This document shows, piece after piece, positions 1 to 12,972 of a DNA stretch of 64,000 nucleotides. This stretch comes from Eledone cirrhosa (taxonomy: Eukaryota), in NCBI GenBank assembly GCA_964016885.1, contig OZ024740.1, positions 275,404,001 to 275,468,000 of the forward strand. The letters run 5' to 3'. Under the pieces are notes generated by a model, which worked only from the letters and a program-made list of their open reading frames with translations, was not told the origin of the DNA and ran no database searches. Each line of letters opens with the position of its first letter. The first letter of the stretch is position 1. A program made the translations under genes and the position numbers.

Positions 1-1124
1 TTACTAAATTGAAACTAGTACATTTTGTGTGAAATTGGACTAGTGCCAAATTTAAAAAGGCTACCTTCATGGTATATTTATAAGCTATATTAAATAAACT
101 ATAAATGTTTAACGTGTTTAAACTGGGTCCTATTTTATAAATGCAAATAAATGATAATTCTAAAATTAAAAGGAATCTAAAATCCCAAATACTTCTTGTT
201 AGAATTATTTTGGATAATGGATTATCAAATATACCATGTTTGAGATATGATTATACCAATTTGTATTCCTTTTTCATGTCAAAATGTCAACATAATGCCT
301 AATGAATAAATCAAACAACTCAGTGATCTAATAGACTTGGCAAAGGCTACACAGTTAGAAATGATGTTGTCAACTGTTCAATGTACCAACTGTATAATTT
401 GCACTTGGTGCTTATTTTACATTATTTGATTTTTGTAATTTCTTATGGGTAGGCATTGGTTCAGTGCAGCAAGAATGTGACCTTCTGTTTCTGCTTTCTA
501 AACCAGAAATGTTTCACCATTGTTGACTTTCAATCTAGTTTATTTCCATTCTGTAGAGTATTGGTGATGCAATCGTTTTTTTTTTATTCTATTGTTTCTT
601 TGGTATAAGTCAGAATTTTATTTTTCTTTAACATATTTTCTTTCCAATTTAAACTATTTTGTTTCCTTATATAGAGAGGAAAGTATTTTGTTTTCATCAT
701 GTTCCCTTATTACACTAAATCTTCCCCTTTGCTTGGTTCTAAGTATGTTTCTAGTCACACTCATGTTACTTTGTGGTAGTTTTTTATTTGTAGCAGACTA
801 CATTATTTTTTTGTGTGGGGGACTTGGTATATTCTATCAATATCAGCTTTGGGGAGATGACTTCAGAATAATGTCTTATTCACCTAACCTCCAGTTTATT
901 ATGTTAAAGATTTAGTTTATATTTGGGATTACCATTGTATTTCACCTATTATCATATTTCTAGCATTGAGTTCAGTTATGAATATCAATCTAACTCTTCT
1001 GACTGTTTGTTCTCTTTTAATTTTCTTTGTCATTTCTGTGTGTTCTACCTTAATAGTTTCACCTACTCTTTAGCATTAGCATTGGTGTTTCTTGGATTAT
1101 TCTTTAAATTCAATGACTATATAT

Positions 1125-1385
1125 GACATAATTGTTAAGGTAGTAGGTTTATGATTGTAATGTTATGGGTTTGACCTCTGGACCTGTTCACACAATGTAT
1201 TGTTCAACATTGATCCAGTCAACTCAGCTGAAAATGAATGCCAGAAACATCAGGGTGGTTAACCATGCAATGGACTGGCATATTGTCCAGTGCGTAGTAT
1301 TGTACTCACACTTGTACTACCACCATTAAAACTGGTCATAAGCTTTTGCCGGAAGAGCCCCTAAGCTTGCAACAGACTTTAACTA
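1125..1385 (+). mobile_element. Degenerate tRNA-derived SINE (CORE-like family, cf. 44843)
   Basis: Decayed A/B-box-like head (gttaaggtagt...gggtttgacctct) followed by ccagtcaactcagctgaaaatga, which resembles the body of the copy at 44843-45176. Confidence 0.45.
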
Positions 1386-1562
1386 TTAACCTTAATGTAG
1401 TTTAATATTTACAGCCTTAGTTACTTTGTCTCTTATGGTAGTAGCTTTGCCACAAGTTTCTGCAGAACAACCAGTTGTATGCAGCTTAGATTTTTAGAAG
1501 TCTAGAATCGGGTATCACTAAGTAATGTTTCATGGTAGAATACATATATTGATGCTATAATA

Positions 1563-1566
<4 letters not shown>

Positions 1567-1648
<82 letters not shown>
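1567..1648. repeat. (AT)n microsatellite
   Basis: Perfect AT dinucleotide run. Confidence 0.95.
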
Positions 1649-1652
<4 letters not shown>

Positions 1653-1761
1653 TGTAATAAACAACATAAGGCAATTATTTCATTTACCAGTGGTTTCTTA
1701 AAAGCAAAAAAATTTTGCTTTCAATCATCAGAATGAAAAAATCCGATGGAATTACTTCATT

Positions 1762-1792
<31 letters not shown>

Positions 1793-1924
1793 GAATCACT
1801 AGTTCCTTACGGACAACTGATGCTGCACACCAGGTCCAATGTATTTGCATATTACATTAGTTTTGCTTTGTTGCAGGGTGTGTTATGTTGTGTTATGTTG
1901 ATAGTGCTACTACATTAGTATTTC

Positions 1925-2625
1925 ATCTGTTTGTTGTGTGGATAGGTGCTGTTGTGTGAGTTGTCTTCTTTTGTTGAAGGAGGTGGGGTGATTGTGTTTC
2001 TCTGTAGAGTATATATTGTGTGAGTTGTGTTCTTTTGTGGAGAGGGTGATTGTGTTTCTCAGTAAAAAGTATACATTGTGTGATTTGTCTTCTTTTGTTA
2101 GGTTGTGATTGTGTTTTTCTGTAGAGTATATATTGTATGAGTTGTATTGGGTTGTGATTATGTTTCTTTGTAGAGAATATATATATTGTTTCTTTATAGA
2201 GTATTTATTGTGTTTCTCTGCAGAGTATTTATTGTTTCTCAACAGAGTATATGTTGAGTGGGTTGCATTCTTTTGTTGGTGGTGGTGGTGGGTGATTGGG
2301 TTTCTCAGTAGAGTATATGCTGTGTGAGTTGTGTTTTTGTTGGGTTGTGATTCTGTTTCTCTGTAGAGTATATATTGTGTCACTCTGTAGAGTATATGAT
2401 GTGTGAGTTGTGTTATTATATTTGGTGGCGATTGTGTTTCTCTGTAGAGTATATGTTGTGTCACTCTGTAGAGTATATGATGTGTGAGTTGTATTATTAT
2501 ATTTGGTGGCAATTGTGTTTCTCTGTAGAGTATATGTTGTGTCACTCTGTAGAGTATATGATGTGTGAGTTGTGTTATTATATTTGGTGGCGATTGTGTT
2601 TCTCTGTAGAGTATATGTTGTGTTA
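1925..2625. repeat. Compound minisatellite with core ctctgtagagtatat; 3' part has ~84-bp near-perfect units
   Basis: Recurring ttgtgtttctctgtagagtatatgttgtgtcactctgtagagtatatgatgtgtgagttg; ORF translations repeat every 28 aa. Confidence 0.9.
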
Positions 2626-3081
2626 GTAATGCAGAAAGTCTACAGTGGCAGTTTTGCTAGTGAATTTAAAGCATCTTGCATAGGATGTTGACTATTATTT
2701 AGCTGAGATATATTTTTACCGGCTGTTCTAGATGTTTAGTTGATATGTATTTTTTTTGTGTTTATTTATTTATATATTATTGCTATTGTTGTTGTTGTTG
2801 ATTCAGTTGTTAATTTTGTTATCATCATCATCATCACCACCACTACCATCACCATCATCATCATCATCATCGTCATTATCATCATCATGCTGTGTTGCTG
2901 CTTTGTTGTATGTTTTTTACTTTAACAAGGATGAGTGATAGCCTACATTTGTATGCTTCCATGACTTTCACTTCAATTTTATCAGTTACTTTAGTTACTT
3001 ATGACATTGTTATTTACTTAGTTATATGGCATATACATTGACTTATTCATTTATCTAATCACTGTTCAGGGCTGAAGCTTT

Positions 3082-3082
<1 letters not shown>

Positions 3083-3136
<54 letters not shown>

Positions 3137-3196
3137 CAGCATCACTACCACCAGCACCACCACCAGCAGTAGTAGCAATAGTAGTAGTAGTAGTAA

Positions 3197-3245
<49 letters not shown>
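3083..3245. repeat. (CTA)n followed by (TAG)n trinucleotide tracts (mutually inverted)
   Basis: ctactacta... then agtagtagt... Confidence 0.85.
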
Positions 3246-3478
3246 TATCAGTGGTATCCAGTTAAGTTAGATTAGAAAAAATAAGCTGAGGTTTTAGTAG
3301 ATATATTGTATATATTAATACATGTTTTTTTTACCTTTGCTACTCACTTAAAATGACATATCCAGTTATGTATTGACATATTAAAGAATTGTGCTTGTGA
3401 TGAATGTGAAGCTAATGAATATGTATGTTTGTGTGTTTGCATGTATATATATATATGTACACACACACATACACACAC

Positions 3479-3504
<26 letters not shown>

Positions 3505-3514
<10 letters not shown>

Positions 3515-3775
3515 AAAAAGAGATGAAATCGAAAATGCAACTGGAGTCTTATTTAAAAAAAATATATATATATTTATTTGGTTCCTTTACCGGTTTCGCA
3601 GTTCTTCTGCTTTTCAAAAGGTGAGTTGAGATGGAGGGTCTGTGGTTTTTCTCACAGATGTTTGAAAAGCAGAAGAACTGCGAAACCGGTAAAGGAACCA
3701 AATAAATATATATATTTTTAAAAAAAATAAGACTCCAGTTGCATTTTCGATTTCATCTTTTTTCCTTATATATAT
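3505..3775. mobile_element. Fold-back element (~115-bp arms, ~40-bp spacer) in (TA)n carrying hammerhead motifs; probable Penelope-like pLTR derivative
   Basis: 3511-3619 is the reverse complement of 3661-3770; both sides flanked by (TA)n. Confidence 0.75.
3584..3621 (-). ncRNA. Minimal type I hammerhead ribozyme, U3-A8 variant
   Basis: Minus strand reads CCTT-TTGAAAA-GCAG(aagaa)CTGC-GAAA-CCGG-TA-AAGG: stem I, core, stem II, palindromic stem III, GUA triplet. Confidence 0.7.
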
Positions 3776-4117
3776 ATATATATATAGTAATAATAATAAA
3801 TTTGAAGACTAAAATCCAAAGAGGGCTCGATAAGGACAAATATATATCAAATATATAAGAACCGTAGAGCAAATATTTATTAATATATATTTATTATGGG
3901 TAAGTGATGAGTATTGTTATTCTGGAGGTTCACCTGCATACTGAAAATATATATATATCAAAGAGAGTGTGGTAAGATACCTGGTGAACCATAATGCACC
4001 AGAGTCCTCAATACTTGGGGTAATAGAGGGGGTAATTTAAAAAGATTCAGGACCCCAATGGCTGAGCTCCAGCTGTTTCAACAGCTAGATCCGAACAGTT
4101 GGATCTTCTGTCGTTTT

Positions 4118-4179
<62 letters not shown>

Positions 4180-4267
4180 GTAAATTCTTGTGTTGGGTCA
4201 GGGGGTAACCACAACTAAAAAGGGTATTCAATACATGGGTTGAGTATAGACATCTTTATAATATATA

Positions 4268-4378
4268 TATATAGAAATGAGTTCTACAGGACTAGAACAG
4301 TTTCATTCGTATGAAATCCCTGATTATTTCATATGAATGAAACAGTTCTAGTTCTGTAGAAGTCATTTCTATATATAA
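4268..4378. repeat. Short imperfect fold-back (~50-bp arms)
   Basis: tatagaaatgagttctacaggactagaacagtttcattc vs gaatgaaacagttctagttctgtagaagtcatttctata. Confidence 0.75.
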
Positions 4379-4859
4379 TAAAGACACATACATACACTAT
4401 TTCAATGGGGCGAATGCCAGCAGTGTAACTCAGAGAAACAGAATATACTCTTGCAACTGGCTTCAGGGAAATGCTGCTTAAACACATACCTTTTTCTGAA
4501 AAATGGTCTAAACCAGATTAACTGGATTTATTTTCTTCGATTTTTCATCCTAACTTTGGGCTCCCTGTGTAAGTTGCCTGCTTTGGGTTTTTGATAGTTG
4601 CCTCCCTTTTCCTGTACATTATTCAAGGGATTTGTCTATTTATAGATAAATTCAAGATGTCTATACTTAGAACTCTCCTATACTTTCTAAATTCTCCATG
4701 GTTGGAAGCCATTTTTATTTATATGACATGATGAATGAGTCGGGGGGGAATAACCCAACAAAACTTAAGTACCTGTACAGATCACTGTTGAAACTAATTA
4801 TACTTAAGTCATTCTATGGACTGAGTGTTCTAACATTTTGATATAAATACCAAATTTGT

Positions 4860-5683
4860 ACCTCAATCAAGCTATATATGGTGGTGTCATACCCAAAGAC
4901 TGGTGCAGCAGTATTCTCATAAATTGCTACAAAGGTAAAGCGGATGCTCTAGAGAGGAGCAATTATAGGGGCATAAAACTGATGGATCAGGTTATGAAAG
5001 TGGCAGAGAGAATATTAACACAACTGATTAGAGAAAGGGTTAAATTAGATGAGATGCAGTTTGGTTTTGTGCCTCGGAAAAGTACAACAGATGCCCTCTT
5101 CTTAGTGAGGCAACTACAAGAGAAGTTCTTAGAGAAGAATAAGCCACTATACTTAGCTTTTGTTGACCTAGGGAAGGCCTTTGATAGGGTACCCCGATCT
5201 GTTATCTGGTGGTTCCTAAGGAAACTAGGTGTAGAGGAATGGCTTGTGAGGACAGTGCAAGTTATGTACAGGGGTGCTGTCAGTAAAGTGAGAGTAGGAA
5301 TGAAGTTACTGAGGAATTCCAGATACAAGTAGGAGTACATCAGAGTTCGGTCGTCAGCCCGCGCTTGTTCATTATAGTCCTCCAAGCCATAACAGAGGAG
5401 TTTAAGATTGGATGCCCATGGGAACTTCTCTATGCCTATGATCTGGGTCTTATAGCAGAATCAGTAGAGGATCTAGAGAATAAATTCTGGCTATGGAAAC
5501 AGCAGTTAGAATCAAGGGGACTGAGAGTGAACATAGCTAAGACAAAATTGTTGATAACTAGAAGAGAGGACAATACTCTGATTCTATCAGGAAAATGGCC
5601 GTGTTCAATATGTAGGAAAGGAACTGGCATAAATTCCATAAAATGTACACAATGCAGATCTTGAGTACACAAGAGATGTAGCA
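4860..5683 (+). pseudogene. RTE-clade LINE reverse-transcriptase fragment (frameshifted)
   Basis: NYRGIKL, QFGF, AFVDLGKAFDRV, ELLYAYDL (decayed YADD), then CxxC...CxxC..HKRC; frameshift near 5300-5330. Confidence 0.9.
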
Positions 5684-7224
5684 TATTTTCATTTCATTGT
5701 CTTTGGCCAGGACATCCTCATATTAATCATTAATCACTTGTAAGCTAGCTTGTTTGTTCTCCATATTTCATGCTATATATGGATGCCCTAACCGAAGGAT
5801 TGAACTCAAATTTTCCAGATAAACTAGTAAACTTAACCAAAGTTTTTATTCCCTATGCTATTATCTCACCAGTCAATCAGGTGATAAAAATTAGGAACTT
5901 TAATCATTAACATTTTTATAGCTTAATGTTTCTTTCTTTAACTAAAGTCTCCAGTGTGGTGTTTATAATCTATCCTAGGCCAACTGTAGATATTACTAGA
6001 GCATATAACCTGATTCTCTCAATCATCTTATCTCACAGTGTTATTACCTATATATTATCTTAATTTTGTTCCACAAGGTTTGTTGATTCTCATTTTCCTT
6101 CCACAACTGATCAGCTTGATACACTGTAGATATAACAAGTAAGATGAGGATAGTATTTTAAATTAATCAGTTTATAATAATGATAATTCCCCAACTCAGA
6201 TATTGAAACAAAATATGCTTGTGAATTTTCATTTCTAATTATAGTTATGATTTCATTAAAATTATATTCAACTTATTGCATGAAGTGTAGTAGACTACAT
6301 TCATATACCTTATATACACACACACATATATCTTTTTACATACTCAAACACACTCACAAACACACATAAACACACACACATTAATACTAGCTAATCAAGT
6401 TTGCACTATATGTAATGACCATCTCCAACAACATTTCTTGTCCTATGACAATTACAAGTTTGGAAACAGCTACTGAGACATCTTTGACATGATTACAGCT
6501 TAAAACATTCATAGCAAAATCTGTTGTATACTTATTATACAGAAACATATTCTATATTCTTTCATATACACCACTCATCATCATCATTGTTTAACATTCA
6601 CGTTTGCATGGGTTAGAGTGGTTGTTGCATTATGAGACAATAAAAGTACAGAGACCACGTCTTGTTCATATGGGTGCACCCTAGGTGTCTACTTATTTGA
6701 CCTACTAGTAAAACCAGCCCGACCTACATGCTGTAATTATGCAGGTAGAATTTCTTTGAAATTCTTTGATCTTTTTGAAAATTCTTTGAAGTTCTATAAC
6801 TAGCCTACAACTGTTAGAGTTCTCCTTTCTAACCTACATTTTATGTCAAAGACTCTCGTAGACACATGCTGTGGAAAGGTATTTCTCAATAGACTGAAAA
6901 TCTATTAGTAAGCTGACTTCCCTTTTTGTTACAATTGCAAAAATAACTGAAATGTGCTGCTTGAATCTTATTTTATTTCACCTATTTAAATACTGATCAG
7001 GTATTTCCCCCGAAATTCCAATATACATACCCCTCTCCACCTTATGTTTTCTTTTTTTATTTCTTCTTCTTCTTTAAGGACTGTGTAAAGAAATGGGAAA
7101 CTGTCATATAACCACATGCTTCGAAGATATGAATAGAAGTTACTGTGAATATTCTTTTTATATTACTTCCTTCCCTTCTTCAAATCTAGCATAATCCCTA
7201 ATAGCGCATCTCCCTTACCATCAT

Positions 7225-7400
7225 CAGGAGAAACGCCTTCTCCAGTCTGTCCGCTGGGGCTGTGGGGAGGCCAGCATGTGGAGACCCCATTTGTTCACCA
7301 TACGGAGAGATGGGGAGGCGAGAGAGATGGAAGCGATGACAGTGGGAGTTTGGCTCTTCCACGTTCGGACCAAGCCTTTGTGGTTGTGTTCATTAAGCAG
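7225..7400 (+). repeat. Unclassified dispersed repeat, homologous to 37880-38030 (opposite strand)
   Basis: aaacgccttctc...ccccatttg.tca...ggagagatgg...gacagtgg.agtttgg.tc shared by both loci. Confidence 0.6.
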
Positions 7401-8183
7401 TTAATGAGTCTGTTTATGTATAGACTCAATAGTGTACATTGTGTATATATCAAATGAAATTCCTGTTTATATGTTAATGTCTTTACTGAAGTCTGTAGTT
7501 GTATTTTGTAAACACAATTTAACATAATCTCTTATATATTCAGCTTTTCTTCTTCCCTGATTTTTTTCTCTCTCCATTTGGTCAGCTACTTAAGTCATAA
7601 GCATTACACCTACTTATTCACTTTTACACTCCTTCCTCATAATATACACTTTCTTTATCATGCTACCTTAGTTAATTGCATTCACTGTTACCCTAGTTTA
7701 GCAGACCAGCTATCTCTTTTAGCCTTATCTTTTTTCCACTTCCTCTGTCATATCTTCCTTTTTTTATTTCATACTCCTTTATTATACTACATGATAACTG
7801 AATGGCAACCATGGAACTGTTTATTCATGTATGTGTATATGTAGTGGCCAATGGTAACAGCACAACCCTGTTGATGAAATATTGTCAAAATTTTACCCTA
7901 TCATTTTTATTTTTAGCTTTATATCTAAATAACTTGTCGATTATTAAATATTTTAAATCTAACATTTTATAATATAAGCACTTTATTCTTAGAATCTCAC
8001 TATGTATGTAATTCTTATTGATTAAATATATAGCACCTATATAAACTTGTAATTTATAATGAAACCTTTAGTTATATTGTCAAAATAGTAATGCAAGGCC
8101 CAGAGTGATATTAGTGTAAACTTTAATTGCAGTTATCTCTATTAGATATACTTGAGAGTTACAGGTGGAGATGATGTTAGCAG

Positions 8184-8404
8184 TTTAGCATTTACATTAC
8201 TCTATATTTACTATTATATTTTCATGATAAAGGCTTTACTTTACAAAATTATCTCATATAATATCGAATCTATGAGATTTTGATATTATTTATTTTAGAA
8301 AAATACCTTAACATCAGTATGAGTGGCCAGTTACAGCTCTTTTGAACAGAAAGAGGTGAGAGAATTCTGGTTGGATGCGGTTGGTTTAAATGCTAAAGGG
8401 TTAA
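8184..8404 (-). mobile_element. piggyBac-type MITE copy (one end decayed)
   Basis: Ends aaatgctaaaggg-TTAA; body is the reverse complement of 38909-39134. Confidence 0.8.
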
Positions 8405-8939
8405 ACTTAATCTTGTGAATAGTATGAAGATGGGAGATGTGAAAACGTTTTTCTTATCTTGGAAACATGGTAAAGGGAGGGGTTGGATCAGACCCCATCA
8501 GAGTAATTAGAGTGAGATATGTCTGATAGAATTTTGATGAAAAGACTCCACAAAAGAGATGACAATGACCATGAAGGCTGGCATTATGCTGTACTGGTGA
8601 AGACCTGGCCAATAACATAAATGTAAACTGATTCATTTCTTTGTCTCTCCTCTCCACTCTAGCAGATATTCTCAACATCATTACAGCCCAACTCCATCCA
8701 TTCCCCCTCGAGTATCACTCCTATAAATTCCTATAAAGCACTTAGATACCTTCACTATTGCACCCTAGTAACTACTCTCTCCATCCCTACACACCCTGCC
8801 CATGTCCCCTTCTACTATCACTCCTTAGCTACTCCTCCTATTCCTGACACTAGTGAGTATTGACTTGGTCTATAAAGATCTGTCCAACCCTTGCTAGCAG
8901 GGAAAGCAGGCATAAAACAGTGATGATGGGAGATATGCT

Positions 8940-9300
8940 AATGAAGAGAGAAGTGTCATTGACATTGAAAGGACAGGTGCATACTGCATGTATGAGAAGT
9001 GTCATGGTTTATGTGAGTGAGATACAAATGATGAGCAACAGAGAAGGCTGGAAAGAATGGAAATGTGAAGGTTCTGGTAGATAAGTGAAATATTGCTGAG
9101 GGAGAAAGGAGACAATGAATTGCAAAGGCTAAGGGGAATAAAACTAGTTATAAGTGTTGTGAAGAGAAATAGAACGAGAAGGTTGGGTCAAGTGTAGTAG
9201 AAGAATGAAAGTGATTTTGTGAGAGGAGTGATGGAAATAAATGTGCAAGTAAATAGAAGAATTAGAAGACCAAGAAAGACTAAAATGATAGAGGCGGTAA
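8940..9300 (+). pseudogene. Highly degraded RTE-type LINE C-terminal remnant
   Basis: SLTLKGQVHTACMRSVMVYVSE resembles the RTE 'KGRLYxACVRxxMLYGSE' motif; later agaccaagaaagac (RPRKT). Confidence 0.55.
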
Positions 9301-9514
9301 TGAAATCCAGGGTGTTTATGAGGGATATCTAGCTAAGAGTGAAAATGGAGATGTATGCCATGGGACCAGCATGGTTAACCTCTGCTTTAGGCTAGTCTTA
9401 AAACACTTGTTGTTGTTAATAAAACATGTACTATGTATAATGTGTTTATATATATTTAAGATATGAGAAATATGCTTGCAGAAAAAATGCTGATATATAT
9501 AGAGAGAGATTGTG

Positions 9515-9632
9515 AAAGCATGTGGCTGAGTGGTAGAGAATTCAATTTGCAATTGTGAAGTTGTGAGTTTGATTCCCGGACTGGGTGATGCATTATGCCC
9601 TTGAGTAAGACACTTTATTTTACATTGCTCTT
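9515..9632 (+). mobile_element. tRNA-derived CORE-like SINE, 5' part
   Basis: tggctgagtggtagag ... gagtttgattcccgg ... ccttgagtaagacacttta. Confidence 0.7.
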
Positions 9633-9960
9633 CTACCTGGATTTGCTACCTGTTATGAAGTGAGATCACAGAGTATAAGTATCAAGAAGTAAAGAGTGAG
9701 ATATCAATTTAATATATGTTTATTTTCATGTTTCATTCAGGATTCAGCTTAAAACCATTGAAGATTACATAAACCTTATTATAGGGTTCAATTCCAGAAT
9801 CATTTGCCTTTCAGGTGCATAGTTTTAACTGACAATGTTTCTGCTTATCTGAAAAGCCCCTGATTTTGGATTTGAACCATACATAAATATCTAATAATTG
9901 TCAAAGGTTTTGAGCTAAATCATAAGTGAAACACATGTAATGAAAACTAACATGTTAAAT

Positions 9961-9998
<38 letters not shown>

Positions 9999-10003
9999 TT
10001 TAG

Positions 10004-10066
<63 letters not shown>

Positions 10067-10572
10067 TATATATATACATACACACAAAAAAACACACACA
10101 CACACACATGTGTATGTATATACATATATGTATATATGCACACACATTAAAGGCCTTTAAATATACCTAGCAGATTTTAGTTAGTAGGTAAGAAAGCAGG
10201 ATTCTACTAACATTGGGGAACTGGTTGTGCTTACCCTGTAGATAATGAGTAGATATGAATTCCTTATAGGTTACTCATTGCAAACTGTGAGTGCACAAGG
10301 GATGCATTGGGATTGCTGGCATTCTGAATGAGAACAACTTTGTCTATAGCAGATGCACAATCTTCCTAGCAGTAAGAATGCCCCTGAATTGAAATCCTTG
10401 AAATACCCACAAATCTTTCTAGAAATAGTTGAATGCTTTTATTTGGCCTAATTCTTTTTTATTTTCATTTTCAGGACATGGATAATATGTTTGAAATATT
10501 TGGTTGCAATTTTAAGCAGGTTTAGTAACAATGTTAAAACTTACCCACTAGCAGGTAGATCCAATTTTGATG

Positions 10573-10603
<31 letters not shown>

Positions 10604-10611
10604 GTTGCTAC

Positions 10612-11022
10612 ATATTACTTTATAGATCCAAAACTTGGACACTAACATCACAACTTGAGAGGAGATTGGATGGCACATATACCTGCCTCTTAATGAGAGT
10701 GCAAAACCTATCCTGGAAACGACATCCCACCTTGTCTAAAATCTATGGCAAACTCCTTCGAGCCTCTGCCCTTCTAAAATCCCGGAGAGCTCAATTTGCT
10801 GGCCACTGTCACCGTGCCAGCAATGAAATCATATCCGCTCTCTTGCTCTGGAACCCTGACTCCAGCCTGACTAGGAGTAGGAAGCTGTCATTCCCTGACG
10901 TTATCTCTAGGGATACGGGAATCAGTAGACAGGACCTGGGGGCAGCGATGGGGGACAGGGGATTCTGGAGCATGAGAGTGAGATACATCATCTCGACAGT
11001 AGTCGACGAGTGATGATGATGA
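10612..11022 (+). pseudogene. 5'-truncated RTE/RTEX-like LINE 3' end (second family)
   Basis: LLYRSKTWTLT..LDGTYT.LL..NLSW...FAGHCHR; ends in (TGA)n tail. Confidence 0.8.
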
Positions 11023-11039
11023 CTGTTGCTGCTGCTGCT

Positions 11040-11200
11040 AAAAATCTCATAGGCTTACTATGAAGGAATGATGCTAGTGCTGTGACATCTTGCATGCATT
11101 AATTTCAATCCTCCTTATTGATAATTGTATTGTTTCTTTCCAGAGACTATGTTGAAAAATAAACCTCATTTGGTCATGAACGTTTCAGCCAACCCTCATT
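11040..11200 (-). mobile_element. mariner-type MITE (family of 21403)
   Basis: Reverse complement of 21403-21596 body; terminus tcagccaaccctca. Confidence 0.7.
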
Positions 11201-12474
11201 CTATTGCTACTTCATTTTCCTCTCTTACTTGTTCCCAAGAGGGTCATGGGAGAAGAGTTCTCATAGACACCTTCAAGCGCGTTCTATTGGAATCCACTAT
11301 CTCCAAACGATCTAACCTGATAACCAAATGAGAACAATATGTATATTTGTTCCAGTATATTACTGTTAATAATAACTCTTCAATTGATTAAACATGAAGA
11401 GCAATTTGAACTCAGGAATAGAATATACAAACCAAACTGAAACACATCACGTCATACTAGATTTAGTTTGATGGTCTATTTATTACCCAAAACATGAGAG
11501 CATTTTTAATTTGTATTTTTTTTCTATTGCAACTTTTTTTTTTTTGTATTATATTGGTTTTGTAATTCTACAGTAAATTCGATATTTTTCATGATTTGAT
11601 AAGTTTTGCTACTCCTCATAAAAAAAGGAAAAAGTTATCTTCATGTTTTCTTAAATTTTTGTGGAAGGAATTAAAAAAAAAAAATCCCCTAAAACATGAA
11701 TAAATATTTGTCCCATTTCTGCTAATATTACTTAAAACCTAAATTCAAATAACAACAACAACAACAACAACAACAACAATAATAATAATAATAATGATAA
11801 TGGTGATGAAAAGACACCTCCCTACACACCAAAAAATGTCGAAACAGAAAAACACAAAAAATACTGTAAAGTTATTTATTAGTAAAAAATAAATTGATAA
11901 ATAGATAAAACTTACAGACAACAATAACACCACCAAAAATGTGTTATTTAATCAAATGGAACTGCTAAAATAAGTTATCTTTAGATTGAATTTGCTTGAA
12001 CCAGGACAAAACAACTGAATTCTGACAAGTGATGAAATTTCTTGACATCAAACTGAAACATCAAATCAACAAATAAAGTTTCTGCATTCAGTTTTTATAT
12101 ATATATATATATATTTACCGTTTTTAATATTAAATAGTTATTCAATTTTATATTCAAATTTTATCAGGTTGTTGTCTCTCATTTATTTATTTACTTATTA
12201 TTTTTTTAATTTATTTATTTTTTTCATTTATTCCATTTTTTTGGGTGTAGTAATGTTACTCTAGACATAAAATTTATCAAATCAATGAAGCGAAATTAAA
12301 AAGAAAAACTTGATAATCAAATAACATAAAAATTTGGCATTTACTGCATAATTGCACCAAAAGACTACAATTGGTGTATGCGAATTTATATGTATGTTTA
12401 TATAGGTGGTAGTATATATATATATATATATATATATGAGTATATATTTATATATATATATATATATATATACG

Positions 12475-12533
<59 letters not shown>

Positions 12534-12574
12534 TTCATTCGTTGTGCTCATAGTTTTTGGCAGTAGTATATATA

Positions 12575-12860
12575 CTGGTTGGATGCCCTTCCTAACACTA
12601 GTACTACTTTACAGTATGGACTGGGTGCTTTTATTCGTGCCACCAGCACTAGAGAGGTTGTCTTACTGGACTCAGAAGTCCTCTTTACCCCTCCATTTTA
12701 CAGCATGGACTAGGTGCTTTTATTCGTGCCACCAGCACTAGAGAGGTCGTCATACTGGACTCAGGGTCCCTATTCACCGCTCCATTTTACAGCATGGACT
12801 GGGTGCTTTTATTCGTGCCACCAGCACTAGAGAAGTTGTCTTACTGGACTTAGGAGACTT
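12575..12860 (-). repeat. Three ~88-bp tandem units derived from RTE/SINE 3' region
   Basis: tttacagcatggactgggtgcttttattcgtgccaccagcactagaga...actggactc x3, preceded by ggatgcccttcctaac. Confidence 0.85.
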
Positions 12861-12972
12861 CTCTACCCCGCACCAATTTATTTGGAGTGGTAGATCTCCT
12901 AGACGGATTGCCAACAATATGGCTTATGGAGCCTCCATCCGCCCCTTGTCTGCTCAATAATATATTCATCTC

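Noticed and set aside
1910-2625. 211-aa repetitive ORF / CRISPR-like periodicity
   Set aside because: Units repeat in full without unique spacers; eukaryotic context and no cas genes; it is a minisatellite
4060-4120. Hammerhead-like string on minus strand (CAGAAGA...GAAA-CAGCTG-GA)
   Set aside because: Core has U4A, no UH triplet and no stem I; at best a decayed relic
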